Shown one piece after another: positions 62,925 through 64,000 of a stretch of DNA of 64,000 nt. The stretch is from NCBI RefSeq assembly GCF_963921235.1, contig NC_086118.1, positions 18,726,001-18,790,000 on the forward strand. The letters run 5' to 3'. The notes beneath the pieces were generated by a model, which was not told the origin of the DNA, made no database searches, and saw nothing but the letters and a program-made list of their open reading frames with translations. The first letter of the stretch is position 1; each line of letters opens with the position of its first letter. The stretch is from Mobula hypostoma. Its lineage: Eukaryota. Made by a program: the position numbers and the translations under genes.

Positions 62925-63420
62925 ACCATCCACACAGTGTTTCTGAGCACTTCTACAAGTGTACCATAGAGACCATTCTGACTGGCTGCATTACCGTCTG
63001 GTATGGTGGGGGGGTGGGGAGTGTGGGGGCAACTTCACAAGATTGAAATAAGTTGCAGAAACTTGTAAAATTAGTCAGCTGCATCTTGGGTACTATCCTT
63101 TACTGTATCCAAGACCTCTTCAAGGAGCGGTGCTTTAGGAATGCGGAGTCCATCATTAAGGAACCCCGCCACTCTTCTCATGGTGGAACAGAAGCCTGAA
63201 GGCACATACTCAGCAACTCAGGAACAGTTTCTTCCCCTCTCCCATCTGATTTCTAAATGGATGTTCAACCCATGAACATTACTTCACTACATTTTATTTC
63301 TGATTTCTTTTTGCACTACTTTTTGTTCTCCATATCTATTTATCATGTATTGCATTGTACTGCTGCCCTAAAGTTAACAAATTTCACAACATATGACAGT
63401 GATAGTAAACCTGATTCTCA
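62925..63420 (+). mobile_element. Rex1/Babar-like LINE 3' part
   Basis: FYKCTIETILTGCITVWYG remnant; tail AGTAAACCTGATTCT. Confidence 0.85.
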
Positions 63421-63519
63421 TATATCTTATTTTTTTTCTCAATTGTAAATTCTTCTCTCATATTGTCAACAATCTCCCAAACACACCCTTCCATTTCCCA
63501 TAGTTTCGCTTTTACCTCC

Positions 63520-64000
63520 CACAAAAGAAACACAAACCCCTTACTATTCCACTATTTTCTGCACCCCATTAATAATCAGCTACAATTTTCCATACCTCCA
63601 TGAAAAGGTCAACCTGAGCACACCTTCATTGTATCCCACATTCAACTTTCCAAAGGTCCCATTCCCTTTGGGGCTCTTTACTTTGCTCATCCGTATCTAT
63701 GAATAGACACTTCCCTTCCCATATCACCATTCTTGCAGGGACAGGAGACTCAATGTTTTTCAGAACTCCAAGCACTCTTTCCATGAGAAACAGTGACTGA
63801 CTTGTACTTTTAGTTTTCTGTACTCACTTCTCATGGTGTGATCTGCTTTTCCACACTTTAGAGCAGGAGTTCCCAGCCTGGGGTCCACAGTTAATGAACC
63901 ATCAGTCCTATTCCAATTCTAACCTCCTTGTCCTCATCATCCTTCAACACTCTAAAGATGCTCAATTTAATACCATGGAACAGCTACCCCCTTTTCACAT
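63520..64000 (+). mobile_element. Very degenerate PLE-like coding relic
   Basis: Weak resemblance to the PLE linker and GIY-YIG region. Confidence 0.3.
63864..63896. mobile_element. Fragment of the same hAT MITE, opposite orientation
   Basis: CAGGAGTTCCCAGCCTGGGGTCCACAG matches the reverse complement of 27915-27941. Confidence 0.6.

Overview
This is repeat-dense, AT-rich vertebrate DNA, intergenic or intronic, with no recognisable host protein-coding exon. The repeat set points to a cartilaginous fish, probably a ray or skate (inference). It includes CR1/HER1-like LINEs, V-SINE/HE1-like SINEs, Rex1/Babar-like LINEs, Penelope-like elements (PLEs) and Deu-type SINE relics. Nearly all ORFs in the track are pieces of transposable elements or chance ORFs. 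Five things stand out. (1) Two copies of an internally deleted Academ (AcademX-type) DNA transposon carry XPG/PIN-nuclease and Cys8 coding remnants and ~130-bp TIRs, and copy 1 has a 3-bp TSD. (2) Many PLE termini carry a minimal type-I hammerhead ribozyme motif. These include three ~95-bp stand-alone insertions with 11-14-bp TSDs whose 5' ends fall at the ribozyme, plus one inverted-arm insertion. (3) A family of non-coding elements has no tRNA head, starts with GGTTTAAGATG and ends in a Rex1/Babar LINE tail. (4) Two SINEs share a head and core but have different tails. (5) There is a 79-bp hAT-type MITE. Family names come from recalled motifs, not database searches, and the boundaries of old repeats are approximate.
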